Shown: positions 1 through 25,400 of the stretch, one piece after another
Layout: every line of letters starts with the position of its first letter
Numbering within the stretch: position 1 is the first letter of the stretch
From: Chrysomallon squamiferum
Lineage: Eukaryota > Animalia > Mollusca
Length of the DNA: 64,000 nt
Assembly (NCBI GenBank): GCA_012295275.1
Contig: CM022678.1
Span: 19,840,001 to 19,904,000 of the forward strand
Direction of reading: 5' to 3'
The notes under the pieces: generated by a model
Database searches by the model: none
The model's input: the letters and a program-made list of their open reading frames with translations, nothing else
Told to the model about the DNA's origin: nothing
Position numbers and translations under genes: made by a program

Positions 1-12
1 AATAATAATAAC

Positions 13-44
<32 letters not shown>

Positions 45-191
45 AAAGAAAGTAATCAATTCATTATTGATATTCCTGTGGTTGTTCTTAAATTGTTTTT
101 GCTGCTGTTGTGGATGATGTTGTTGAAATCACAGATCAGAGACTGATTGTCTAATCTTGTAGTTGTAATCGAGACTAGCCGGATGAGATCA

Positions 192-11470
<11,279 letters not shown>

Positions 11471-11559
11471 ATCCTAGTCTAACGCCGTTTACATGTACAA
11501 AATATGTCACTTCTTCTTTCGAAAAACCTTCTTTTTTTTTTTTTTTTTCATATAGAGGT

Positions 11560-11625
11560 GTTTGGAAGTCACGTGACCACGGAACGCGACCTCTGACCTT
11601 TTTCGCGCCAAGTGTTGCGAGGTCT
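11560..11625 (-). promoter_or_regulatory. Probable proximal promoter of the PEBP gene
   Basis: CpG-rich patch about 100 bp upstream of the ATG with the palindrome GTCACGTGAC (11568-11577) and TTTCGCGC. Confidence 0.45.
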
Positions 11626-11938
11626 TTTGTTGGAAAGAAAATATTCACAAAACAAACAAGAAAAAGAGAATATGAACAAGAGATGGGCTTCATTTCGTAT
11701 CTAAGATGTATTTTTAGATTGTTTTTATTTTTATAATATCTTCTATGAGAGACACGTATTTCTAGATTACCACATAAAATATGATAAATATGATTATCAT
11801 TTTCGCATTGTTTTTCTTTTTTTATTATTATTATTCTTAGTAATAGAAAAGATGCCACAGAAGCCTCATGACAAAGCAAAAAAAAAAAAAACAGAGAAAA
11901 CGAAAGAAAAAAGATGTGTGTATATATGTATGTATATG

Positions 11939-11976
<38 letters not shown>

Positions 11977-12326
11977 TGTGATAAAATAATGTGTGTAATA
12001 GTATAATAATATAATAAAATATAAAAAATATAAAAAATTTCTCCGCCTCATTGACGTCACTGATTGTTAATAAACAATAGTAATGTTCTTGTGTTTTAGG
12101 TTTTTATTGTTGTTGTTGCTGCTGCTGCTATTGTTTGTTGTTTTTCTTCTTATTGTTTCCTTTGCTAAGTAAATGTTAAACAGAAAAAGTTAAGTAAACT
12201 GGTGTCTAACTCGTTGTAAAGAAATCTAATATAATTATCTCAATATCTGTTAGCTTTCTGTGTATGTCTGTCATCTATTTACCATTTATTCATGAATTAT
12301 ACATATCTATCTACCTGTCTATCTAG

Positions 12327-12400
<74 letters not shown>

Positions 12401-12491
12401 GTCTGTCTGTCTATCTAGCTATGTATATGTATGTACATGTGTGTTTGTATATATATATATATATATATCCTCCAATTGGTACATAAATATA

Positions 12492-12535
<44 letters not shown>

Positions 12536-12689
12536 CAATAATAATAACAATAACAATAATAAGAATAATAATAACAACAATGATAATAATAATGATGAAA
12601 ATAATAATAATAACAATAACAATAAATGGTTAGACAGGTAGACAGAGAGGAAAATAGTACTATCACTACATCTTCGGTTCTCGTGTCAC

Positions 12690-12890
12690 AGATTTACCAA
12701 AGGCTGTAGCATGTTTGTAGTTCCACTGTTCATGGGAAGGTATATTATTAACTTGTTTGCTGCTAATTAAAAAAGTAGCCCATTTCACGAGAGCTTCGCT
12801 TTTCGTCTTTTCATTATCTGTGTTTTCCTTCATTATAGGTGTGTCGAGGTGTATTTAAAATGAATTTAGTAAAATATTTATTTTCCTCTA
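12690..12890 (+). mobile_element. Diverged SINE fragment (same family)
   Basis: CAAAGGCTGTAGCATG..TGGGAAGGTATAT..TTGCTGCTAATTAAAAAAGTAGCCCAT resembles the 24.3 kb copy. Confidence 0.5.
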
Positions 12891-13054
12891 ATTTAGGCTT
12901 AGTTTAGGTGTCTCAGTATTAAACGTTCCAGCGTAATCATAAATATATATTCTTGTGTTCCATTTTGTTATGTATAAATGCATATTATATATTACCGTAC
13001 TTGTGTATGAGTGTTAGACTGTGTGTGTCACAATACCCACACAAACACACACAC

Positions 13055-13118
<64 letters not shown>

Positions 13119-13698
13119 TATTTGTGTTCTTAAAAGTCCATGAGGAATTTCTTAAACTTTCCTGTCATGATTTGACATTTCACTTGAAGTGGACAACACA
13201 CTGTTTACTGTACTCGCATTTTGTGTGTGGTCAAAGTAATTATTAACATTTTAACTTATAGTCTCTCTATCTATCGTTCTGTGTATCTGTATATTCCTTT
13301 CTCTTATTCTTCTTGCGCTGAAATGAACAGAAAAAACACCCAGGAAATACTAATTTATAATGTACACCGACCCTCTATATTATCATGTTTACATCTCGCC
13401 CGCAGATGACGTCACAATGTTTGAAAATGTTTACATCACAGTTGAAATGAAAAACAGGAATGATAAATATCCTCGGGCTGTCCAAGTGTCCAATCCAGAT
13501 CACGTGTTTGTTGCTTTGTGATTTCTTTTGTACCGGTTTAACTTTGCTTGCCCCAAGCAAAACATTTTTTATTACATGATGGAAAATAGGTTCACCTACT
13601 TCTATGAATGTACTAGAAAGTGACCTTTATTTTCTCATTTATCTTTATTCTTTATCTTTTTAGAGTATAGTTTCTGTATTTCATGTTTTCTGCCAGCA

Positions 13699-13781
<83 letters not shown>

Positions 13782-13948
13782 TCTGGCATTTTCTCATTTT
13801 TTTTTCTCTTTGTTTCTTTCCTTTTGTCGTTTCTCTGTCATTTTGGCTGGATAAGTATATGTGCTATTGTTATTACATTGAAATAAAAACAAAACAAAAA
13901 TAATGACAGTGCCATTGATTTTATTTCAGTAATGAATAATAATAATAA

Positions 13949-13992
<44 letters not shown>

Positions 13993-14166
13993 GGAAGAAG
14001 AAGTAGAACCACTATATACATTTAACTTTTTTTTTTTGTGCAAATAAAATGACTAACACAAGTGTGTAAATATGTAAATTAAAGCTTATGATAATTTATA
14101 TAGAATTTTCAGAAAGTATTAATGTTAGTAATAACAAATTTAAAAAAAAAAAACAGAACCATAATA

Positions 14167-14226
<60 letters not shown>

Positions 14227-14308
14227 GGACGACAAAGAACGAGAATTTAATAATGAAAAAGATAAAATAAAATGTTAATTTAATAAACAGAAGACATACA
14301 TACATGCA

Positions 14309-14339
<31 letters not shown>

Positions 14340-14674
14340 CATATATTAATAACAGAAGCACTATGCAATCAATAAATAAATATATTTAATATTTGCGAAT
14401 TGTTTTTAGTTTCCTTTTTAAAATGATTTTAAAACAAAGCTGAATTGTGTTTTTTATTATTCTGTTTAAAAGTGAAATGATCTAAAAAGAGAAAAAAAAA
14501 TTAATTATGAGTTTTCAGTTAATTGGATTTGTCGTTTGAAAAAAAAAAAAAAAAAAAGGAAACAAGTGGTAATAATAATAACAATAATAATAATAATAAG
14601 GGATATGACAGCTATATTAGAGGATATTACTATATTAAACAACTCTAGCAGTCGTGACGTCATAAATAATACAT

Positions 14675-15990
14675 TTAAAGGTCAAAAGTGGTTTCCTGTG
14701 TTTCCACTAGGTTGCTATGATACGAAGGTATCGCAGCCTCGCTTTCAGATCCAGCATCATGGCCGTCTTCCCGATGTTTCTTTCGCTTCGACTTCCTCTT
14801 CTTTTTCTTTCTTTTTTCTCCGCTGAACTCGTCATTGGCTAGTGGGGGGAGCTGGTGACCTGGACTTTGTACAACCGTCGTGTCAGTGAACTCGTTCACA
14901 GAAACCGCCAACACAGGAGCAGCAGCGATAGCTGACGTAGAGATATGTTCTGTCACGTGACCTGAGTTTTCTTGATGCCAGTTACCACTGCAAGTGACCA
15001 AAAGTCATTTTAATTTTTGTTTTGTTTTTTCCAGTTTAAATTTTACCTTGTTTTATTTATTTACTTTATTTTATTTTTTTTTTTTTATTTTTATTTTATT
15101 TTTTTTTTTTTGCTTGACGTTATCGTTTTCTTTTTTATTATTTATCTGTTAGGTTAATTTTTAGTTGCTTTACTTTATTTATATCATTATTTATTTATTT
15201 ATTTCATCATCATCATTATCATCATTTTTATGATTATTATTATTATTATGATTATTATTATTATTATTATTATTATTTCCTTTTATTGTTTTTTATTTTT
15301 TATTTATTTATTTATTTATTTTATTATTATTATTATTATTTTTATTTTTATTTTTTTACGTCATAATTCTTACAACACGAAAACACGGGATTACAAACAT
15401 CTAAACAAAAGTTAATGAGAAAGCAAACAAAACAAAACAAAACAAACAAAACAAAACAAACAAAAACTCAAACCAACAACAAACCCAAACGAAAATCAAA
15501 TAAAAAAACAATGGACAAGAAAAGAGAAAGAGAGAAAAAAACGTAAGTTAGAGAAAGCTTGGAATATCACCAGTATTGTGTTGTAGTAGTAATTGTTTGT
15601 TGTGTTGTATGTTGTTACAACATTGTTATTGTTGTAGTTGATATTACTGATGTTTTTGTAATTGTAATTATCATTGTCGTTGTGCTTATTAACATCATTG
15701 TTCTTGCTTTTGTTATTGTTATTGTTATTGTGTTAAATGCTAAACTGTTGTAATTATCTCTCTTGTTTTTGTCGTATCGAAATTCGTTGTTTTTCAGAAT
15801 TAAATTCGTTATTATAGTTTTTGTTCCTGTTATTGTTTTACTGGATTTTAGGTGTTTGGGGTTTTTGCTAAAGCTTTTTTTATTTATTATTATTCTTTTT
15901 AACTTTTTTTGTTCTTGTTGTTATTGTTGTTGCTGTTGTTGTTTTGTATTTTGTAGAGAATTATAGGTACTGATTGTTGGTGTTTGTTTT

Positions 15991-16027
<37 letters not shown>

Positions 16028-17149
16028 AATAATAAACCACAGCTTAATATTTCATTGATTGTTTCAGCTTAAATACACATTTATGACATTATAGCATAAC
16101 ATAAAAATAAATAAATAAATAAACTTACCAGCGCTAATCAAAACCTCAATTTACATTCGCTAACAAACAAGAAATATTTTATACCTGTATGTATATAATT
16201 AAAATTATACATATTCATAGAAACACAACAAAAATAATATAATAAATACATGCAAAACAAATCCTGCATTAAAGGCAATGAAATGTCGGCGAAACAAAAC
16301 AACAATTTTTTTAAAATAATACTGTAACCGGTCTAGTGCAGACGATAATAATAAATGACGTCAGTGCAATAAAAACTAAAAAAAATAAACTGTTTTCTAC
16401 AAGCATGGGTTGTCGCCGTTTGTTTTCTGGTTGTGGTGGAAGTTATAAGTATGTGGTGTTGTAGTTGTGGTGGTCGTCGCTGTTGTGTTTTTGTTGCGTC
16501 GGACAATATCACCTACTTTATCGTCTGCACGGCTTCTTTTCCTGGAGAAACTCTTCCCATCTTGAAACGATTCTCCTGTTTCCTCAGTTGTCTCCCTTTC
16601 TTCGTTCGCCTTTTTCTAAAAAAAAAAAAAAAAAAAAAATACGTATTAAAATATTTTCACAATTTCTGGTATTATTATTTATACCGCTACTAATAATACT
16701 AATTCTGTTTTAAAACAGTTTCTGCTATTACTCTTATTACTAGTTATGTTTGATTACCTCTGGTCCTCATAGTAATGCTACTAATGATAGTACAAGTACT
16801 GCTAAGATTTTTGCTACTATTGGTTATTAAAAGTATAAAGTACTATTTCTACTACTACTATTACTTCTATGGCTATTGCCATACTGTTACTATTACTATA
16901 CAAAGACTATCTCTACCAAACTGTCGTATTACTGTACTGCTACAGTTGTTACTGCTACTACTACTACAACCACCCCCACTACTATTTCCATTTCTACTTC
17001 TACTACTGTATTACTACCACTACTGAACTGTTATATTACTACTACTAACTACTACCACTACTATTACTATTAGTAATGTATTACTACTGCTATTAAACTG
17101 TTCTATTACTATAGTTTACTTTTATTGATACTATTATTACTATTACAAT

Positions 17150-17184
<35 letters not shown>

Positions 17185-17591
17185 TTGCTACTACTACTAT
17201 TGCTACTACTACTACTATCACTACAACTCCACTAGTAGCACTTACTACTGTTATACCATTACCATTACACTACAACTACAGCTATTATACAGTTGTATTA
17301 CTTTACTATTTCTATTACTATTATTCATTCTGTTACTACTGTTATGGCTACTATTTCTACTAAAACTACTACGACGACTACTGCACTCTCTTCTTAATAC
17401 TTACTGCCACATATGCATCGCAATGACGATGATGATAAGGATGAGGACGAAGACAATAGCTATTGGGATGATAATCTGATTTTCTTTGACTGATATCGGG
17501 ATTCCGTAGTACGTCGTGTCGATGTACGTCACTGTCAACCCGATAGCCGTCTCAATACCATCCTTGTTAGCAGTGACAATAGCTTGAAACA

Positions 17592-17654
<63 letters not shown>

Positions 17655-17709
17655 TCAGTAATAATAATAACAATAATAATAATGATAATAATAACAGTAA
17701 CAATAACAC

Positions 17710-17750
<41 letters not shown>

Positions 17751-18553
17751 GAAGAAGAAGAAGAAGAAAAAGAAGAAGAAGAAGAAGAAGAAGAAGAAGA
17801 AGAAAGTTATTAATTTCTGATCTATCAAATATTTTATTTTTATTTTATTGAAGAAGTGTCTAGAATGTTTTCTCTCTTTCTTTTTTATATCTTTATTTAT
17901 TTTTTAACGTTTTACTTTCTTTTTGTCTTTTTTGTTTTGTGTATTGACTTGTTTGATTTTCAAGTAATATTCATTCATTCATTCATTCATTTTTTTTTTT
18001 TTTTTTAAATTTTTTTTTTTTTTTCTTTTATATTCGTAATGATTTTGTGTTAGAGGCGGTGATTGTCTTTGATATTTCTTTAAAGTTTCACGTGTTATCA
18101 ACGTCACGTGATTTATAAACACTCGCAGCTGGTGACGTATGTGTATTACGTAATACCGTCTATGACGTAGCCAACAATAAAATAATAAAAATTACCGTGT
18201 GTAGCAGCCTTGTTCAGCACGAACGCTGTCGTAGACACAGAAGAGACGTTGGCGCCGTTGGGTAACGTGATGTATACTTCAATCTCCATGTTTTTCTTTT
18301 TATCAACAGGCGTGATTCCAACATTGGCACTAGAAAATCTGAAATAAAATCAAATTAAAACTATGATGAATATTACCAGTAACATTATCATCATCATCGT
18401 CGTCATCGGTATTGTTAAGAATGAATATTACCAATAGCATTATCAACGTCATCATCATCATTATTTTTGTTGTAGTTGCTGTTATTGTTTATTTAACTGT
18501 ACAGTAATTCACTTGATCATGTATTTATAAGTGCTGATATAACTATCTGTATC

Positions 18554-18617
<64 letters not shown>

Positions 18618-19241
18618 CTCTCTCTCCGTCTAACTATTCATCCATCCATCCATCCATATTTTTCTTTGGCCCAAATTACAACTCCCACTCGTTATCTATC
18701 GATCTATCTCATGTCATCACATTATCACGTGAAGAAAAAAAAAAAAAAAAAAATACTGAATCAATAAATTCAACGTAAACACCCTTAAGTGATATTACGT
18801 CATATTACCACTCAGCAACGCAAAAAATAAATAATGCAATAACATGAACTAGTTACGAGACAAAGTGCGATATATATAATAATTATTGTCACATGACTGA
18901 TTCATATTATAGTAAACGAAGTATACAGTGATTAAATTAAATAATGTAAATATGTCGAGATATAATGTGATTTTAATCTTACACTGACAAATTGTCCCAG
19001 TAGAGAAGTCCACACAACGTCGGCGACGAATCACAGTATGAATTAGCATCTGCAGCAAGTCGCGTCTGCAACAACGACGCCTTGTTGTTAGCAACCCACT
19101 GAAAATAAAATAAAACAGTCAATACTTTTAAAATAATATGTAAGACGACATTTTGAAAAATCTGCTAGAATAATTATTTTTAGAATTTCGAAATACGCAG
19201 ACGTACGTAATTATAGTTTATACAACATATACATACATATA

Positions 19242-19332
<91 letters not shown>

Positions 19333-19357
19333 CATTCATATAAAGTCGCATATACAG

Positions 19358-19388
<31 letters not shown>

Positions 19389-19536
19389 GTGACATATTTT
19401 TTCTTACTTCTTGAGAGCTGTATTGGTACAGTTTTAATTTAACACTTTCCGAGCTTTTTTCAGCTGAAAAAAATAATAAAATCAATTAAAATATTTTTTC
19501 AAAAATTCTTATTATACGAATGCCTTTTCAACTACC

Positions 19537-19625
<89 letters not shown>

Positions 19626-19993
19626 TAATAATATACGTTTAGGGATTGTTTCAGTAAATAATGTTTTCATTTTTATTTCATTATTGTTGTGATATTACAT
19701 GTCGTTATAACGATAATATATAAATAAATACAGTTCCATTTTTAGATAACGGAATTTAATATAAATAAATAAATAAATATAAAATAAAAATAATAATATT
19801 TAGAAATATGAAAATATAAAGAAAAATATTAGAGAAACGAAATTATATATGAGAGAATGTTTAACTGATAATAAATATATCAATATTAAATATACATATT
19901 TTTTCTCTTTTAATTTTTTCTTTATTTTATTTAGTTTATTAATAAAAATATATTATTATTTTATTTTATATTTATTTATTTATATTAAATTCC

Positions 19994-20047
<54 letters not shown>

Positions 20048-20226
20048 TATAAAATAAAATATTACCTGTAACGGATTAAATTCCCTGGAATGAAAATTAT
20101 TTATGAAAAATGTATTTATTTATACCAGCGAAATAATTCTGTTAAAATGATCTTACCATCTAGAGATGCAGAATGAACGGAAGCCGTATAAAATAACGTG
20201 CAGATCGCAAACAGTCCGAATAGCAT
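14675..20226 (-). CDS. Uncharacterised type I membrane protein, 324 aa (signal peptide, small ectodomain, one TM helix, basic cytoplasmic tail)
   Basis: Exons 20157-20226 (MLFGLFAICTLFYTASVHS), 19408-19463, 18983-19098, 18196-18338, 17405-17582 (TM IIIPIAIVFVLILIIIVIAMHMW), 16517-16615 (QKRRTKKGR stop-transfer), 14675-14987 (ends ETTFDL*). All GT-AG with continuous phase, 975 nt. Confidence 0.8.
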
Positions 20227-20682
20227 GTCTTTGATTTTCACAATTAATTAATGAATTTTAACACAAGAACGTGTAACAGTTATATCCGTTGTCTGCTGCT
20301 ACACCCAGTATCTTAACCCAAAATGTAGATTCTTTTTATCTCAGTCTTCTTTTTTTTTTTACGTTTATTGTTGTCGTTACGGTACCCAACACACAAATTA
20401 AAGGGTGCGCACTTTCTGAATGAATGCCCGTGTAAACATTACGCTGACCAACCTAAACAACTCGTTGCCTGGGTCCATTCACTTGGGACCAACCCTCGGA
20501 ATTGTCCGATCGATGTAGCGAAAACGACCGAAGATATTTTTAGCAAAGAAATAGTTGAACGGTCTGACTAATTTGATTGGTCAATTTGTGGGGAATTCTG
20601 CTAACTTGATCCAATGACTGAAAGTGTTTTATTGTGTATACTAGAAGAAATTTTTTGCTAAGACCTGAAAGATTTTAGAATC
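20227..20682. promoter_or_regulatory. Probable bidirectional promoter between the membrane-protein gene and ECHDC3
   Basis: Divergent ATGs separated by 456 bp; CpG-containing; CCAAT boxes in both orientations (ATTGG 20576-20580, CCAAT 20611-20615). Confidence 0.6.
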
Positions 20683-21185
20683 ATGTTTACATCAGTTTTG
20701 TGCCGTCTTGCAAGATTGTCATTGTTGACAAATCATTCAAAGGTGATTACCATAACTATTAAAAATAAAATAAGTTTATTTTATCTTGCTGTGTAGACAG
20801 AACAGCTATATTTTTGTTAAAAATATATCAACAAAATGAAAGCAAATACTTGAAATAGCGATAAATATACAATACTTGAATACAAGCATTTAATATAATA
20901 TATTTATTATTTGTATAAAATACCCTCAGTGTTGTTGTTGTTGTTATTTGTGTGTTTACATCGTTCCTTTGCAGTACTGTTAGTACTGGATCTGAATCTA
21001 ATTAGCAGGAGCGACAAATCGATAAAGAGTGAATTTACGTAAGACATTATGTAACAGCAAATGTATTGATCTTGACGCTGGTAAATGATTAGCTTATTTG
21101 ACAGAATCTGCCTTTATGTACAAACTCATCTGTATAATTTACATATATATTTACTACTGCATACTGAATACACATCTAAACCTCA

Positions 21186-21225
<40 letters not shown>

Positions 21226-22226
21226 TTTAAAGATTAATATTTTAAAGAAATATATTCTTAATTTACTGTAATTATGTGAAAACTTCACTTTCTATCCAGA
21301 AATGATGTTTAGATGTTATCAGCATTTGCAGGAATTTGTTTTTTAGTGGAATTTGTTTTTTTGAGGCAAAATATTTGGGCTCATAAAATATGCACAAGGA
21401 TATGGTATTCAGAAAAGTTTAAAAACATGTTTTCTCACTAACAGTAGGACAGAATATTTGTTTTCCTTACTTGTTTATGTATGTACTTACATTTCATACT
21501 TTTTCCTTGTCTGATGTTTGATTTTTATTTATTTATTTATGTATTTATTTATTTATTTATTTTTCAGACAAGACTTCTCACAACAACATCACAAAGATGT
21601 CAGCAAAGTTTAACAAAAGTCACAGAACAAAACGGAATCAGAAACATTTGTCTTGACTATCCGAAAAAGAGGTCAGCTGAAATTACCTCATTTACAGACA
21701 TACAAACAGACACACAAATATATAGACACATACACAAGCAAGCAAACACACACATAAATATATCAAATTATTTAATAAGACCACACATACACACAATAAT
21801 AAATTCATTTTAATTCTTAGTTTAAAATTTGTAATACTGTCTTATTGATAATAAATAATTTTATCTTTTGTATAACTTGTTAAATAATGTAAGATTAAAA
21901 ACAATATAAATATTAAAACCCACTGAAACTACAGCTCTCCTTGTTATGTTTTCTACTGCTGCCAATAATATTAATTTTTTTCTACTAATACTACTAATAA
22001 AAAACTGTACTTCTATTGTTTTTCACTTTCTGCTAATAGCTAAACAAAATTCTACAATTATCATTACTACCAATACTAATTTCTACCACTACTATTAACA
22101 CTAACGTACAATTAGATGGTTTTCTTCTACTAATTTTACTGACTGAATCTATATAATTACAGAAATGTCCTGACTCTTTCCATGTTGTACACAAATCTAT
22201 ACAGACTGAGTGTATATGATACACAG

Positions 22227-22316
<90 letters not shown>

Positions 22317-22372
22317 TTGTCTGTTTGCCTTGTACACACTATCAATAAAGAATGATTATTTATTTATTTATT

Positions 22373-22419
<47 letters not shown>

Positions 22420-25400
22420 CAGAAATGCTCTCTCTCTGGCTATGCTGGACACTCTGTTTTCAGATCTGAGTAAAGAAGATGAAAATCTCAGAGTTATAAT
22501 CATTTCCCACACTGGTGCTGTTTTCTCTGCAGGTCACGACCTGAAAGAACTGGTAAATAATGTTACATACACGATATATAGAACTTTATTACAAAACCAG
22601 TTCTGTGTATGTGAAAAAGACAACGTAAAAAAAAACTAAAGCAGGAATTATTCATAGAAAAATATGAAATCTGTTTAGCTTATTCAAAACTTATTCAAGC
22701 AGGAATTATTCACAGAAAATATGAAATCTGTTTAGCAATTAAAACTGAAAACTTATTGAAACGGTGTCCTACACAAATAAAAATTATGCAAGTAATGTAA
22801 TCATTTTTTACAATTAATTTACATTGGTTTCTTTTTCTTCTTCTTCTTTTTCTGCTACTTCTTCTTATTATTATTTTTTTTTTTTTGTTTTGTTTATTTC
22901 CTTTTTTCATTGTGTTTATTTATTTATTTGTTTGTTGTTTATTTTTTTATTTTATCAAAGACATCAAAAGAAGGAAGAGATCATCACCAGAAAGTACTTG
23001 ACAGATGCACAGACGTGATGATGCTGATTCAGGTACAGTGTTTTATTTAATACAACTACGTGAAAGTAGACAATACCTGGGCATTGTAATAGACCAGTGA
23101 AAACACAGGAGTTACTGTTTTACTGCAGCTAACTGTGACAGTTAAATAAGTGGAGTGAAGAGTGTAGTGTGTAGGTTAAGTGGTTATTTCCTATGCTTGA
23201 AAAAATGGTAGACAACAGGTTCAGTTCCTGTCAGAGTACTTGTATTGTGTATTTCCTGTTCTAGCCATTGGATCTTTCTGTTGTTTATTTATTTATTTAT
23301 TTTTATGTTTTTACTTTTATTTTTGTTCCGTTTTTTGACTGATCAAAATAACAAAAGTGTCAAAAAGACTGTAACTTTATAAAATGAAACGGTTGTATAA
23401 TCACCACATTTGTTCAAATGAAATATACTGCTATAATTATTTCATTATAATGTTTTTTTAGTTTTTTTTTTTTTTTTTTTTTTCATTTTACCAGTTGTTG
23501 ATTGCTCAAGTTTTTTTTTTTTTTTTTTTCTCTCTCTCTCTTTTCTAGGATTTCTCAGTTCCTCTGATTTAACAGTAATAATGAAATAGTAATAAAAGGG
23601 ATTATTTACGATTTCTTAAAGAAACTTATCAACATAATTCAGAAACTGTTCATGCAACCAAGTTAAAAAAAAACAAGATGAAAAACAAAATAATGAATAA
23701 TCTTTTTTTTTAGAGTAATATTTGTAAATTTTATTATTGTTAATTTTTATTGTTAAATTGATTGTTACTGTTAAACTGTTACCATGCAATTGTTGTTGGT
23801 GGTTACTAAAATTTTTTATTATGATTATTAAAACAAGATTATTATTAAAATTATAAATAATTTATTATTATTTTATTATTATTTCATATTAGTATTATTA
23901 TTAATATTATTATTATTATTATTATTATTTAAATTATGTAAACATATTTTATAAATTTTTAGGACTCGCTACAGCTGCTGGTTGTCAGCTTGTTGCTTCA
24001 TGTGACATCGCCATCGTTTCTGACAAATCTCGATTTGCAACACCAGGGTGACGTGTTTTTGTTTTTTTGTCTTAATTTGATGTTTAACAATAGCAGAACC
24101 TATTTTAATATTATTCCTAATATTAGCAGTATTATTATATTCTGATATTATTCCTATTGTAACTGAGTGAGTATGACTTACAGCATTGACTCAAGATGCA
24201 GTAGATGTCTGTCAGTGGACCCATTAACTTATTTCATGTTCCAACCACTGCTCCATACATTCTAATATGGGCTTTGCTATGTATTATCCTGTCTGTGGGA
24301 TGGGTACATAAAAAAGATCTCTTACTGTTAATCATAAAGATTACCCATGAACTGGTTACAGTGGATTTTCTCTTATTTTTCTTAGTACTCCTTAACCATG
24401 TGCTAAAAATAAATTTAATGAGTAAAACCTTTTCTCCTTACCTACCTCTAATCATAACTCATCGGTGTTATAAATATAATCAATACAATAATGACAAGGG
24501 AGAAGATACCCACAATCATCATCCCATGCTCTTCTCTTAGCAGAACAAAAAATATTATATGAACCTTCCCAGAGACAGGAATATCATATCAAAGATAATC
24601 CATTTATCAAGCACTGGTCGTAACTGATAAAGCTGGAAAAGTCACATTAAAGAGGACTGATCTGGTTAGTTTTTGTCCTACATTATAATTGTTAGACCAA
24701 ATCAGACTATTCTTTTTTTTAACAGTAGGTTTAAAATGTATGCTGCAGTACAGTCAGAACTTGGTTTATCTTGTTGGCTTTCTTGAGGGTGTTTTTGTTG
24801 CTGTACAGAACAAATATTTAATAGGTGTATGTAAATTACTTTCAATATTACTTGTTAATTTATATTTTTATTTTATTTTATTTTATTTTATTTTATTTTA
24901 TTTTATTTTATTTTAGTTTAGTTTAGTTTAATTTAGTCTACATTTTTTCATATAATTATTAAGTTGAAAAAACAATTTTTTTTTTTTTTTTAAATTAATT
25001 TATTGCTCTTTTGTAGTGTCAGTGTTGGGCTGTTCTGTTCAACTCCCGCTGTTGCTCTTGGAAGGTCTGTTCCCAGGAAGGTTGCCATGGAAATGCTTTT
25101 TACTGGTTATCCTATCTCAGCACAAGGCAGGGCACAAAATTATTGATATTTTTGAAGTTTTAAACAAATGTTTCAATAAACTAACAATGGACAGAAAATG
25201 AAATATTCAAAAATTATAATCTGACATGCTAGCTGATATTTATCCACTGTTTTTCAAAGTATAACATATACATATCTGTTATTGTCAAACTTTATTATTA
25301 GCAAAGTTTGACATCCTTGATAACATAAGTATCGTCAGTGGAACTATACAAAATATATGTTGTTCTTTCTTCATCAGTTTTCTTAATGTTTTGTTTTTGT

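Noticed and set aside
16396-16615. Alternative open frame KKANEERE...GDNPCL* through the juxtamembrane exon
   Set aside because: Out of phase with the TM exon; the phase-2 frame gives the expected basic stop-transfer sequence and splices in frame to the last exon.
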